Shown: positions 14,730 to 27,220 of the stretch, one piece after another
Numbering within the stretch: the first letter of the stretch is position 1
How the letters are laid out: each line of letters starts with the position of its first letter
Origin: the human T2T-CHM13v2.0 reference genome, Homo sapiens
Length of the DNA stretch: 64,000 bases
NCBI RefSeq assembly: GCF_009914755.1
Contig: NC_060927.1
Strand: one strand, 5' to 3'
Made by a program: the position numbers and the translations under genes
Notes under the pieces: generated by a model
What the model was told of the DNA's origin: nothing
Databases searched by the model: none
Seen by the model: the letters and a program-made list of their open reading frames with translations, nothing else

Positions 14730-15500
14730 CTGATCTTTATGCTTTCCTTCCTTCTCCTGATTTTGGGCTTAGTTTGTTCTTTTCCTAATTCCTTGAGTTG
14801 TAACGTTAAGTTACTTATTTGAGATCTTTCTTCTTTTTTTGATGTAGGCACTTGTTATAAATCTTTCTTCTTTTTTGATGTAGGCACTTGTTCATTGCAG
14901 CATTATTCACAACAGCTAAGATATGAAACCAGCCTAAGTGTCTATCAATAGATGAGTGGATAAAGAAAATGTGGTGCATATATGTATGCAATGGAAAATA
15001 TTCAGCCTTAAAAGGCGGGGGGAATCTGTCATTTCTGACAATGTGGATGAACCTTGAGGACATTATGCTGAGTTAAGTAAGCCAAGTACAGAAAGACAAA
15101 CACCGCATGATCTGACTTACTGTGGAATCGAAGAAAGCTGAACTCACAGAAGTGGAGGGTGGGATGGCGGTTAGCAGAGGCTGTGGGAGAGGGGTGGATG
15201 GGGAAAGGAGATGTCGATCAAAGGGCACAAAGTCTCAGTTGGACAGGAGGAATAAGCATTAGTGATCTACTGCACAGTACGGTGACTATAATAAATAGAA
15301 ATGCATTGCATATTGCAAAATTGCTAAAAGAGTAAATTTTAAATGATTTAACCACAAAAAAGAGGTATGTGAGGTGATGGATTTGTTAATTAGCCCAGTT
15401 TAATCATTCCACATTGTCAACATCTATCAAAACATCACTTGTACCCCATAAATATGTACAGTTATTATTTGTCAATTAAAAATAAAATTTTAAAAACTAT
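14730..15500. mobile_element. L1MA-like element: antisense ORF2 piece (14730-14890) joined to a sense 3' end (14890-15500)
   Basis: ttgggcttagtttgttc...gagatctttc is antisense ORF2; cattgcagcattattcaca...aattaaaaataaa is the sense 3' end. Confidence 0.75.
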
Positions 15501-15504
15501 TTAC

Positions 15505-16140
15505 AGTGCCTCTTGAGAGTGGGCTGATCTAGGTGACTTGCTTCCAAAGAGTAGATAAGGAAAGTGGGGAAAAGTGACTTTACAGTGGAGAAACCTGGCA
15601 GACACTACCTCGAGCCAGGTGACCAAGGTTACTATCCGTGAAGTCATTTCAACAGCACATACCCCTGATATGATGCGATGAAGATGCCACTTCACCTCTG
15701 CGGTGTTCCTCCCCAAAACTCATGATCCCATGCAAACTCTGAGAAAAATATCACATACATCCACACTGAGCCATATTCTATAAGATACCTGATCTATATT
15801 GTTTAAAACGATTGAGGTCATCAGAAACAAGGAAAGTCTGAGAATTTGTTACTGACCAGAGGAGACTAAGGAGATGTGACAGTTAAATTCAATGTGGTGT
15901 CCCGTATGGGACCTTGGTCTGGAGAACAACATTGGGGAAAACTGGTGACATCCAGTAAAGGGTGGAGTTTAATGAACAGCATGTATCAAGATTGGTTTCT
16001 TAGTTGTGATGAATGGACGATGAAGAAAAGTAAGACGTTAGCAACACAGGAAACGGTGTGGGGTGCGTGGGAACGCTGCACTATCTTTGCAACTTTTCTG
16101 TATGTATAAAGGTGTTTGAAATTTTTTTAAAGTTTATTCA
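15505..16140 (+). mobile_element. Old L1 (L1MC/MD-like) 3' fragment
   Basis: tttacagtggagaaacctggcagacactacc...ctatctttgcaacttttctg. Confidence 0.7.
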
Positions 16141-17034
16141 AAGAAAAAAATACATAACATACTTACCAGAGTCCCTGGCACACAGTGGCTGCTATCTGAA
16201 GGCTCACAGCTAGTGGACATAAAGCATGTTCTGTCTGGTCTCTTAGGCATACACCTGTCCTTAAAACAGAGGTACATGGTCGCCTCCCTTGCTGTGTGTC
16301 CATGGGAAGTATGCAGATAGGGAACTGTTCTGGCTAAAATGGTCTCTTCTGAATCTGGCAGCCACAGGGATCCCATGAAGCCCTAAGTTGGGCCACAGAC
16401 CTCTTCTGCTCAGTGTCCTCCACGGCTCCCACTTCACACAGAGTAAACGCCAAGTCCCTATAAGTGGCCTGTGAAGCACCAGGAGATGTGGGCGCCCCAC
16501 TTCCATGTTCTCTGGCCTCCATCCTATCCTGACTCCTTCAGCCATGTGAGCCTGCTGGCCTGGGTGCTGCTGACATCTGGCCATACTCCACCCAGATAGC
16601 TCTGCTCCCCAGAGCCCTGCAAGACAAGAAGGTCTTCTCTGTGTGCCTCCCCAAATGTGAGTGCTCTCCTTTTCACTCTTTAGTTCCTGCCTGCGCCCCG
16701 CCGTGGTTCCAACCAAAGTTTGTTTCCTCCTTCCTGCTGTGGGGGGTGAGGGTTGCTGCACCCCACTGACTGGCCTCACTGGCAGGAAAGGGCAGCCAGC
16801 TCCCCAGCAGCTAGGCCTGGACAGGGCGTGCACACAGAGCAGTTCTGTTCTGTCCCATCTCCACTTCAGGCAGCCCCTCTGGCCCCCCACCACTGTCATT
16901 CCTTCATGACCCCTCTGGCAGTCCCTTTCTCAGCCAGTTTATAAACCCCGGCTCTCTGGGACGGGTCTCAGGTCCCCTCTCCCATTAGTACTGAGGGTCT
17001 CTGCTGGCCTTTTTCAAGACTGACACGGAGGGCC

Positions 17035-17490
17035 TGTTCTGGGTTGAACTGCACCCCGCCCTAAAAGAAGATCTGTTGAAGTCCTATCCCTCAGTACCTC
17101 AGAATGTGGCCTTATTTGGAAATAGGGTTGTTACAGATGCAATCAGTTAAGATGAGGTCACATTGGAGTACAGTGGGCCCCTAACCTCATATAACCGGTG
17201 TCCTTGTAAGAAGACGGCCATGTGAAGACAGGCACAGGGAGAAGGCCACGTGAAGACAGGGCTGGAGGGACACATCTAGAAGCCAAGGAAAGCCAAGGAC
17301 TGCCACTCACTATCAGGGGCTGGGAGGAGGAAAGGAAGGATTCCCCCTACAGGTTTCAGAGGGAACCTGGCCTTGCGATGCCTTGATTTAGGGCTTCCAG
17401 TCTCTGGAACTGTGAGACAATAAATTTCTATTGTTTCAAGCCATCTAGTCTGTGACATTTTGTTATGGTGGCCCTAGGAAACTAACGCAG
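17035..17490 (+). mobile_element. MLT1B/C LTR
   Basis: cagtacctcagaatgtggccttatttggaaatagggt...ttgttatggtggccctaggaaactaa. Confidence 0.85.
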
Positions 17491-17536
17491 GGCCAACAAG
17501 AAGGGTCGGGGACCTGGGCTGCTTCTAGTTGTGATG

Positions 17537-17626
17537 TTTCTCTGCTTTCTCTACTTCTTACTGTGGCATTTCTCTGCTTTTCCCTACTTCTTGCTGTGGC
17601 TTTTCTCTGCTTTTTCCTACTTCTTG
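17537..17626. repeat. Minisatellite, ~32-33 bp x 2.8
   Basis: Unit tttctctgcttt(c/t)nctacttctt(a/g)ctgtggc starting at 17537, 17569 and 17602. Confidence 0.9.
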
Positions 17627-20600
17627 GGTTCAGCTGGGTCACCTTCAAGACTCCCCACCATGACATTGCCAGATCTCTGATTTGAACTCTGTTCCTCATC
17701 TTTGGAGCCCCTCACTTGGCTTTAGGAGTTTAGAGAAATGTCCCTCCCGTCCCTCTCTATGAGGCCAACATCTCATAACGTGGACAGCTCCCTCTACCAC
17801 TTCCCTGCTGCCTCTCTAAATCCAGTGGGGTCGGGTGGATTTGAGCACTATAAAGCATCTTCTCCTGTTCATAGTAAGCCATTGGGTTGAAGCTGGGGGG
17901 CAGCACTTGGGCCCCCATTAAGAGTTTGAGGCTGTAGTTTTTAGCAACTCTCATTTTTTTTTTTAGCCATGGCCTCAGGCACCAATTCCCCAGGCTGCAG
18001 AAAAAGCCCCATAGGCCATCCTGTTACTCCAGATTTGAAAGCTCGGCTGGGCTCTCCGTGATACCAAATGATGCTTGTCCAGTTCTAGCTTGCATGGTCA
18101 GGACTCCTGGCACTCACCTCCTTAGTCATCTCTGCTTGCAATGACCTAAAGACAGGTCCCTCCTGCAGAACTATTCTGGGGTAGCTCCCTAAAATGTCCC
18201 CTTTCCCCAACAGAGTTAATCAATGAATGAATGAATGAATGCAAAGCTAACGTAGTCTCAGATCCAGCGAGGGAGGAAGGACAGTGTGGGGATCCCAGAG
18301 CTAGGCTGCCTCAACTCAAATCCTGGGACCAAGACTGCCTGTGTGACCATGGACAAGTTATTTACCTTCTCTGGGTCTCAGTTTTCTTCATCTACAAAAT
18401 GCGAATAATAATAGCATCTGCCCCTGAGGTTGTCGCAGGGATTCAATGAGATAATGCCAATGACGGATGTCATGACTGACGCTAATGAAGCTTAGCTTCT
18501 TTGTCATGCAGGGCACGAGTCCAGGTATCTTTATGCCTCATCCTGTGCTGTGCTTAGAAGCTAATTTTCCTAGGTCCAGCCTAATCTTTTTTCACACATT
18601 GGACTCAGCTAATTCATTCACTGCTGAGTAATTTATTGTTAGAGCCAGCGGTGTTGAAGATAGAACAAAGGTTAAGATGCTTCGGGCTGGACACATGGGG
18701 GAGAGACACATTTTTAGTTTGAGGAGGCAGAAAACCATTTTCACAAGCTTAACGGAGCCCGGTACTAAATTAAACCTCTTGACTTAATCACTGATTAAAA
18801 CATTACAATAGCTGCACAGGCTACAGTCGGTGAGTCCAGCCTGTAATCATGTCCTTCTGAGGCTTCATGTTGGAAAATGACGCAGATCATTCAAAATAAG
18901 AGCATGGCTTGGTGGCTGTGCTTGGGGGAAATAATTGTCATCTGCTTCAGAAGATTTCCTCTCTCCCCCTTTATTTAAAGCACCTAAAAGACTTCATAGA
19001 TAATTAAAATCTAGTAAGATATAAGAAGGAAGAAGATAATCAATCTCCCACCCAGTCCCACTCTCTTGGGACTCAACAGGGGTAAGGACAAACCGGAGGT
19101 CAAAACACTGCAAAATATGCAGTGTCATAACACAGACTGTTGGCACGCACACGCCTTCTGCTGTGAGAAAACTGGCACTGAGCAGAACTATCCTGCAAGT
19201 GATGCAGGCACAGCATTTTCAGTTTGCAAACCATTCTTACACTCTTTATCTCAAACATCCTGTGTGCCCAACTGGGTAAAAGAACCGAGGCTCAGAGGGG
19301 AGATGGGAGCTGCCAAACTAACTAAAGGAACGTAGCTGGAACTGAGTGCTAGCGGCCTCGGAGGAAATCCTGTGCTCTTTTCACCAGACTAGGATGTCCC
19401 TGCCCTCCCTTTCTTCCAGAACAAACCCAGGTCCATGTATTTAGAGGGTGACTGAGTAAAGAACATACTGGGCTGGGCTTCAACTTTTGTACTTGGTAGA
19501 GGAAGGCAATTCCAGATAGACCCAGATGCTTGGAACACATAAACAAAGAGGAGAGAGTTTGAGGAAATGGGGGGATATGTGAAAAATCATTTGTATGACA
19601 GGGGAGCATTCTGGTCAATGCAAGATTAAGTTATTTTGTGCTTTTGCAGCCTGCAAAACGAGTGAGCCTGGGAATAAAGGGGACTCACTAGCTTGCTCCT
19701 GGTCATTTAAGTGGCTTGGGAGGTGGTTACAATCAGCTGGATGCCACTCTAGGGAGAATTTCTGACAAGGGTGAGGGTGCAAACCTGCATCGCTAAGATG
19801 GAGATGACAACCAAGGACCCTGACAGGCATCGTGCAGAGGAAGCTAAATTCTCATGGTCTTCAGGGACATTCACGTGCAACTAGAATTACTTTCTTTCTA
19901 GCTTTCCAGGATCAGAACACTCACTGGCTTCATTGCCAGGGTCCAGCTAGGCAAAAAAACCAACATTCATAGTTTAGAAGCTGTGTTTCTTCTATATAAA
20001 TCCTTTCCTCGCTTTCTGAGATGAAATCAGTCTATACTGGTTCCACTAGTTACAAGTAAATAACACGCCAATAATTAACTCAATGTCTTTGAGTTATTTT
20101 TTAACTGAAGGCTCCTTCACTTGCTAGCTGGGAAATGACCCCTGGCATGCCATTTAAGCAACTGAGCCTCATTTTTTTTCCTTTTAAAAAAAATTATTAT
20201 TAATACCTTTTAATGTTTCACATTTTCTTTCAGAAGATTTGTAACAAAAACACATGGAATTTAGTATGTGTTTCAGTAAAATGGGTAAATACAGAATCTG
20301 AACAAGACAAGTCTATAAGGTATAATCCTTCTTGTGGGGACAGAACATTCCACTCCATTAAGAAAAGAGAATCACAACATTATTAGGCCCGATTATCTCA
20401 TATTGCTTACTGTTCTAATTTCAGAGACTGGCGGACTTGGAGAAATAAACAAATGAAAATAAATAAATAAGACTGAACACAGTCAACTGCCTCAATTCCC
20501 CTCTCCTTTTCCCTTTTCCCATTTTCTCCATAAAGACAGATGAGATGAGGATGTGATGAGTCTCATTTTTCTTCTCTCTAATATGGTGGATAATAGGTCC

Positions 20601-20699
20601 GCTTCTAGGATTCTTGCAAGGATTATATAATATAATCTATGCAAAGAGTCATACACATGCCCCACATATACTAAATGCCACTGTTACAATCATTATGAT

Positions 20700-21170
20700 C
20701 ACTTTCGTCTTGCTGCTGTAACAAATTGCCACAAGTTTGGTGGCTTAAAACAACACAAACGTATTCTGGTAGAGTTCTGGAAGTCAGAAGTTTGAGATGA
20801 GTGTTACAAGACTAAAATCACCGTGTCAGCAATGCTGCATTCCTTCTGGAGACTCTGGAGGAGGGCTCATTTCTTTGCTTTTTCTAGCGGCCTCCTGCAT
20901 ACCTAGGCATGTGGTCCCACTCTCCCTCTTCAAAGCATCTCTGATCTCTGTCTGACTCTGGCCATCCTGTCTACCCCTTATAAGGATGGTTTTGATGATA
21001 GGGGACCCACCTGCACAATCCAGGCTAGCTCCCCATCTCAATCGCTTTAATTTCATCATCTCTGCCAATTCTCTTTTGCTATATAAAGGTCACCATATAC
21101 CCAGATTCTGGGGATTAGAAGGTAGACATCTGGGAGTCGGGGTGAGGGTGATTGGTCTGTCTACCATAAT
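20700..21170 (-). mobile_element. MLT1C/D LTR
   Basis: tgctgctgtaacaaattgccacaagtttggtggcttaaaacaacacaaa. Confidence 0.8.
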
Positions 21171-21360
21171 CATTAACATTTTTATCAAGACTAGCTCATT
21201 TAACTCATCTAATCCTCACTAAGACCCAGTAGGTAAATAAAATTATATCCCCCTTTGGAAACTGAGGCACACGGAAGTTAAGTAACTTGCCCAAGGTCAC
21301 ACAAGCAGTAAGCCGTGAAGAGCGATTCCAACCCAGAAAGTCAGCTTTCGAGTTCACGTG

Positions 21361-21625
21361 TTCTTTGTTTTTTTTTTTTTTGATCTCGACTCACTGCAAC
21401 CTCCACCTCCCAGGTTCAAGCGATTCTTCTGCCTCAGCCTCCTGAGTAGCTGGGAATACAGGCGCGCACCACCACGCCCGGCTAATTTTTTTTTTTCTTG
21501 TATTTTCAGCAGAGACGGGGTTTCACCATGTTGGTCAGGCTGGTCTCAAACTCCTGACCTCCTGATCCACCCGCCTCAGCCTCCCAAAGTGCTGGGATTA
21601 CAGGCGTGAGCCACCGCGCCCGGCC
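21361..21625 (-). mobile_element. AluS, lacking ~40 bp next to the tail, inserted in a MIR
   Basis: TSD gagttcacgt on both sides; antisense Alu. Confidence 0.9.
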
Positions 21626-21839
21626 CAGGAGTTCACGTTCTTAAGAGCTGAAATATGTAAAAGTGGCCCATAATAAGCACTACATTAATGTTAGCTATTA
21701 TTCTTGTTATTTCTACTAAGATTAATATAATAATCCTTATCTCGTACGCTCTTTTAAGAACCAACTATTTAACGTGTGAAAAGTGCCAGGCAGCAGGTCC
21801 TGGAATTGCAGTTAAGATTCTTCCGGTCCTCCCAATCCA

Positions 21840-22780
21840 CCTTTCCCGAGACGCTCGAGTTCACTTACTTAAGCGTCAGCCTTCCCCAAGATGGCGTTAT
21901 CTTTGTCGCCAACCCCACATCCGCCCCACCCAATATGGCGTCCATCGCAATCAAAAGCTTTATTCCGCCCTTCTCAAGATGGCGCCCACACCAATCCTTG
22001 TTACCTTCCGCCCTCAAGATGACCTTAGCAGTTAGCGTCAACCTCCGCACTCTATGACCTTTCCAAAATGATGGTGAACGTAATACGCACCACACTCTGA
22101 CCTTCTCAAGATGGCGCTGAGCTGACAAACTCGCGTCGCAAACTCACGCAAACTCAGTGTCGCTGTCGAAGACACTTCCGGTTGCGACGGAGGTAGGCTT
22201 ACGAGGCCTGTGTCGGGTAGAAAGGGTCCTTCCTGGACCGGGACCCTCTGCCACGACCATGGACCGTAGGAAAAAGCCTTTGGACGTCACGGCCTCCTCG
22301 GTGAGTGAGGGTATGAGGTAACTCCACGGGCTCCGGGTTCACCGTGTCTCCATCAGACAAGAATGTCGACCTAGCTTGTTTCTTCACTCGGGGACCCAGA
22401 GACCTGACCTCTCCCCTCAAACAGGAACCCCCGAACTGGATTTTCTTCTCCGGCGGGGATCCGGTTCAGTTTTCTTACAGGACCCTGAATTGGGCTACTC
22501 TCCTCTGACATGCGCCCGGGCCAGAACCCTCGGACACGGATCTGAACCTGGTGTCCCGTGGGTTGGGAAACTCCCTGCCTCACCTCTGCCCTGCCCACAA
22601 GGACCTGCACCTCGTCAGCCTTCTCCCTTACAGTCAGGAGGAACCCTAGCTTCTTTTTGCTATGCAGACATATCCTCTTCCTGGTTTCTCCTCCATCCAG
22701 GGACCCGCAAAGTCCTCCCAGAACTTTAGAGTGTGACATATTTCGCAGGACCCGAAAGTGTCCAGCGTGCCCTCCCTGGA
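21840..22780 (+). promoter_or_regulatory. CpG-island promoter of CCDC174 with YY1, GC-box and ETS motifs
   Basis: High CpG density; CAAGATGGCG at 21887, 21975 and 22107; CCGCCC boxes; ETS site ACTTCCGG at 22174-22181 just before exon 1. Confidence 0.9.
22259..22300 (+). CDS. CCDC174: CCDC174 coding exon 1 (MDRRKKPLDVTASS)
   Basis: ATG at 22259 in the context cgaccATGg inside the CpG island; 14 codons, then donor GTGAGT at 22301 (phase 0). Matches the recalled N-terminus of CCDC174/C3orf19. Confidence 0.95.
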
Positions 22781-22971
22781 ACTAAACAGTTGTTAATGCA
22801 GGCATAGGGAGTTGTGAGGTCTGAAAGGATGTAAGCAGATTTATTACATCAGCTACTCTAGAAAGAAAACTTGTTCTAAGTACACATTTTGTGCCAGCAC
22901 TTTATATGCACTATCTCATTGAATCCTCCCAATGGCTTTAGGAGGTAGGTGCTATTAATATCTCCGTTTTA

Positions 22972-23373
<402 letters not shown>

Positions 23374-24847
23374 TCACTCTAGTTGACTCCAAAGCTGCTG
23401 CCTTTTCATCATCAGAGCAAATTGCCCAACCTTTGATTTAATCTTGAATTTACTTCAGAGTATTAGGACACAAAGTGAGTAGGAAGGAAAACATATAGGT
23501 GTCCCAATATTTGAGTACTAGTTATTATTGGTAACTATTATTGGTTAAAATTGGTACCAGTTATTATTTTGTTTGAAGATCAGGAACCAGAAAGCTATAA
23601 ATATTAAAGCCAACCTATACTGACAGGTTAGCAGTAATTGTAATAAGAATGCTATTTGAGAATTTACATTTTTTTGAGCATCTCTTAAAGTTAAAGGCAG
23701 TTGTAGACTAGGAAGATATGTGGCTGGAAAATTTGGTGTGGTTAAGTAAGCTTAGAAGAAAAAGTAGAAGTTTTTCATTTGTTTTTAAAAATTTCCAGTA
23801 TTAGGGTCTGCAGTGAAACTGCCCTTTGCATTATTAAATGGTTACCTTTTAAATCGATTTCTTCCAAAACGGAAATTGAACCCAGCCATTTTTATCTTCC
23901 TTAACAAATAAAGTGATTTTTTTAAGTATCTGATGATTAAGACAGTGATGAAGTATCTGATTTACAAATGCCCATCCATATAAGCAGCTGTACCTGGACC
24001 ATTAAAAAGGAAACTGTTGTTATATCCTTTTTTGCAGAGTAGGCAGGGGTAATTAATGTAGCTGAGGGAAAGGTACTAATATTCACCCAACTGCCCCACT
24101 CCCTATGCCTTGGCCTTCTTTCCTGTTCTTGAACCGTGTGATTCAGCCAAGCTTACGGTTTTTGAAATGGATTAAGTCAAACGTGGAGCTGTTATAATTC
24201 ACCCAGTCTATTTTATTTCTAGCTGTTGAAATAATGTGTCTTTAAAGGCTCTGCTCTAAGCTTTCTCTGATCACTCTGCTCAGAAGGAAATGCTCTGTTA
24301 TCTGAACTTGTGTGCTACTTTCTTCCACTCTAGAGTCATTTGTTTTATTTTGTTGGTATTATAAATTACTTTCCTTGTTACATTGTAGGCTCTTTGAGGC
24401 AGAGAGTATGTCTAATTCATGTTTATGTTCTGCTCTTCAGCGTTATTTCTACAGCATTTCACTGTAGAAATAAGTTGTGATGATGAAATGAGTGCAGTGC
24501 TAGTCAGAGAGAAGGTGCTTAATAATGCAAGTTTAATCTGAAACTAAAAGATGCAGACTTTATTAATTTATTTTGCTTTATCACTTTCTCCTTGCCTAAG
24601 GAAAGCCTCGAGTGTTGAAAGTCAGAGTAAAAATGCATTTGCAGCAGAGGTAGAATGAAACATGACTTAGCTTAATTTGTGTACTGGATTCTACATTTAA
24701 ACATTTAGTTACTTAAACATTTAGTTTTTTAGCCATATTTGTCCATTTAGCGGAACTTGAAATATTCCTTTGGAAATTATAATAATTTAGCAATCCAGTC
24801 ACCTGCAGGAATTTAATATTTTTGTTTACTTACTGCTTTCATTCTAG

Positions 24848-24967
<120 letters not shown>

Positions 24968-25456
24968 TAATTATCTCCATTGGTTCCAAACATGGGAGAA
25001 TTATACCATATTTAAGTGTTTTAAAATTGTCAGTGGTATCTGTACACATAAATGTTAAGGAAAAATCTCTATCTTGTATTTAACATCTGCATGAAATGTT
25101 ATTAAAATAGAAATTAGTAAGATTATATAAAAGTACATAGTAATGTGCTAATTCTTTAGCACTTCTTTTGGAAAAATGTGGATTGTTTACATTTCATAAA
25201 CAGATGGAAGGTTATCTGGTTCTATAAGTGTTAGGTATCCAAATAGAGATAAACAATTAGATAATATAGGAATATAGCGGAAAATATCAGGGTGTATAAG
25301 AGCTGTGAATTTTTCCAGTTTTATAGGTAATAGTGTCTACTATTTGTATTACTAATTCTCTGTAATATGTACATTTTCATTAATCTTGATTTAGGTTGTA
25401 ATCATTCAGGAGATAAAAGATAGTAGGAAGTGATTCTGCACTCAGGAAGCTCTTTA

Positions 25457-25749
<293 letters not shown>

Positions 25750-25851
25750 TTATTTATATAATTGAGGGCTCTTTTTTTAGCTCCTGCTTGCCATGTATAG
25801 TCAGTATCTTTGTAGGACACAGCTTATCTAGTTATCTCCATTGATTCATAA

Positions 25852-26052
<201 letters not shown>

Positions 26053-26379
26053 TAAAGTTATAAGCTCTGGTAAATATAGTTAGCTTTGAGGCTACCCAGG
26101 CAGAGAAATGGAAGTTCAAATTTTGTCCTTTTTGATTTACAAATTTTATTTTTAACATCCTTCTAGCCCAATGCTCTAAGTACTCTAAAAATAATATAAT
26201 TTGCAGATATATCTGTAGTCTTATAAAAAGGTGAAACATAGTCACAGTTTATAAGATGAAACATTCTTGCTGTCAGCCTTTGTTAGACACTAAGATTATC
26301 AATACATTTTTAAGAGGTTTTCCCATGGTGTGGGCTAGGTGGGATGACACTAGAATTTAGAAACCCTAAACTTCCCCCC

Positions 26380-27220
26380 CACCTTTTATTTTGAAAAACT
26401 TCAAGGGTACATAGAACATTCTAATATTCTTCACCTAAATTCCCCAGTTAACATCTTGTCACATGTGCTTTCCCTCTCTCTCTCTTACACACACACACGC
26501 GTGTATAGAGAGACTTTAAGCTTCATACTTTCCCTGTAAGTCGTTCAGCCTATATCTTCTGAGAACAAGGACATTTTCCTACATAACCACAATACCGCTA
26601 TCAAACCCAAGAAATTTAACACTGATAAATTAGTATTATCTATTTTGTGGTCCATATTCAGATTTCACCAGTTATCCCAGTACAATTATGTATTTTAGAG
26701 ATTTAAAAAAAAATCCAGGATTCAAAGATTACCCATTGTTTGTAGTTGTCAAATCTGTTTAGTCTTCTTTAATCTAGAACTGTTCCCTTGCCTTTTGGTT
26801 GTCTGTTATGCCATTAACGTTTTTAAAGGGTCCAGGCCAGTTATTTCTGCAGTGTCCCACAACCAATTAGAGTCGTATGAAATGTTTTTGGTAAGAATAC
26901 TATGTGGGCAGTGGTGTGTCCTTCCCATTGAATCACATCAGGAGGCTCATAAGGTCAGTTTGAGTCGTTATTGGTGTTGATAGGTTTGATTACTTGGTTA
27001 AGGTATATATGCTTGGTTTCACCACTGTAAAGGTGCCTCCCCAATTTGTAATTAATAGTAATCTGAAGTGGGAAATTTGGAGACTGTGTGAATATCCTCT
27101 TCACCAACTCATTTCCATGCAATGATTTGTTATCATTGATGAATCTTGATAGTTATCAGTTATCACATTGCTGGTTTCAGAATGATGATTTTTCTAATTC
27201 TGTCATTCCATCTTTATTAT
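26380..27220 (-). mobile_element. Old L1 (L1MC/ME-like) fragment
   Basis: gagaacaaggacattttcctacataaccacaatac...cccaagaaatttaacactga. Confidence 0.55.

Noticed and set aside
16261-16899. Longest ORF in the track (212 aa, minus strand)
   Set aside because: No recognisable domain or splice structure; GC-rich and partly overlapping L2-like sequence.
21887-22116. Repeat-plus-unique-spacer pattern superficially like a CRISPR array
   Set aside because: Mammalian promoter DNA with ~10-bp degenerate repeats and no cas genes; better explained as transcription-factor motifs.
21688-22128. Overlapping ORFs of 87-115 aa upstream of CCDC174 with recurring RWR/KMA/QDG peptides
   Set aside because: The peptides are translations of the repeated AAGATGGCG motif in GC-rich DNA; there is no sign of a real protein.
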